Shown: positions 24,308 to 24,403 of the stretch, piece after piece | How positions within the stretch are numbered: the stretch's first letter is position 1 | Layout: each line of letters begins with the position of its first letter | From: a virus | Taxonomy: Duplodnaviria > Caudoviricetes | Virus record (IMG/VR): IMGVR_UViG_3300025773_000039 | Span: 1 to 24,403 of that record | DNA: 24,403 nt | Strand: one strand, 5' to 3' | Program-made: the position numbers and the translations under genes | The notes under the pieces: generated by a model | Seen by the model: the letters and a program-made list of their open reading frames with translations, nothing else | Databases searched by the model: none | Told to the model about the DNA's origin: nothing

Positions 24308-24403
24308 CTACGCCTGTGGCGTGGCTGAGTTGGCTGCAAGTGTGGCTAGATAGGCTTGGTAGTCTGAGTTGGCAGAATCGGCAGGGATAATAGAATAATC
24401 TGA
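24308..24403 (-). CDS. 3' end of a small fibre-associated protein (5'-truncated by the window)
   Basis: SDYSIIPADSANSDYQAYLATLAANSATPQA*; the IP.D.AN.DYQ.YL motif is typical of small proteins following phage fibre genes. Confidence 0.65.
   Translation of the reverse strand, partial: SDYSIIPADSANSDYQAYLATLAANSATPQA

Noticed and set aside
22989-24346. Classical integron (IntI plus attC)
   Set aside because: The GKG-to-HSLRH spacing is too short for the IntI-specific insertion, and the AAC...GTT sites are far shorter than attC; treated as analogous only.
24325-24373. 10-bp direct repeat CTGAGTTGGC
   Set aside because: Both copies encode Ala-Asn-Ser in the same frame; too short to support a separate element.
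1-24403. tRNA/rRNA genes, IS elements, reverse transcriptase/DGR, host flanks
   Set aside because: None recognised; intergenic gaps are short and mostly explained by small ORFs, hairpins or promoters. A tRNAscan/Infernal run would be needed to exclude RNAs formally.

Overview
This window is about 24 kb of a tailed (siphovirus-like) phage genome, almost entirely on the minus strand. The host is probably an Actinobacterium (inferred from gene content only). In gene direction (right to left) it holds: the end of a fibre-associated small protein; two tiny ORFs bounded by related ~24-bp sites; a tyrosine recombinase; a GT-B glycosyltransferase; neck and tail genes, including a tail chaperone with a -1 frameshift, tape measure and an S74-chaperoned fibre; an expanded lysis block; and an HNH-DUF6378 fusion. 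A three-gene plus-strand island follows, divergent from an HTH regulator across paired operators. Next come a pyrimidine operon (dCMP deaminase, dimeric dUTPase/dCTPase, dNMP kinase, thymidylate-synthase homolog with the cytosine-type Asp), a resolvase, exonuclease, SSB, transglycosylase, and a prim-pol/helicase with an iteron origin. The left end carries an HslV/proteasome-beta-like protease and a terminal HNH. The two best leads are a candidate recombinase-driven mini-cassette system inside the virion gene block and a compact candidate cytosine-modification pathway. All calls come from motif reading; no database searches were run.
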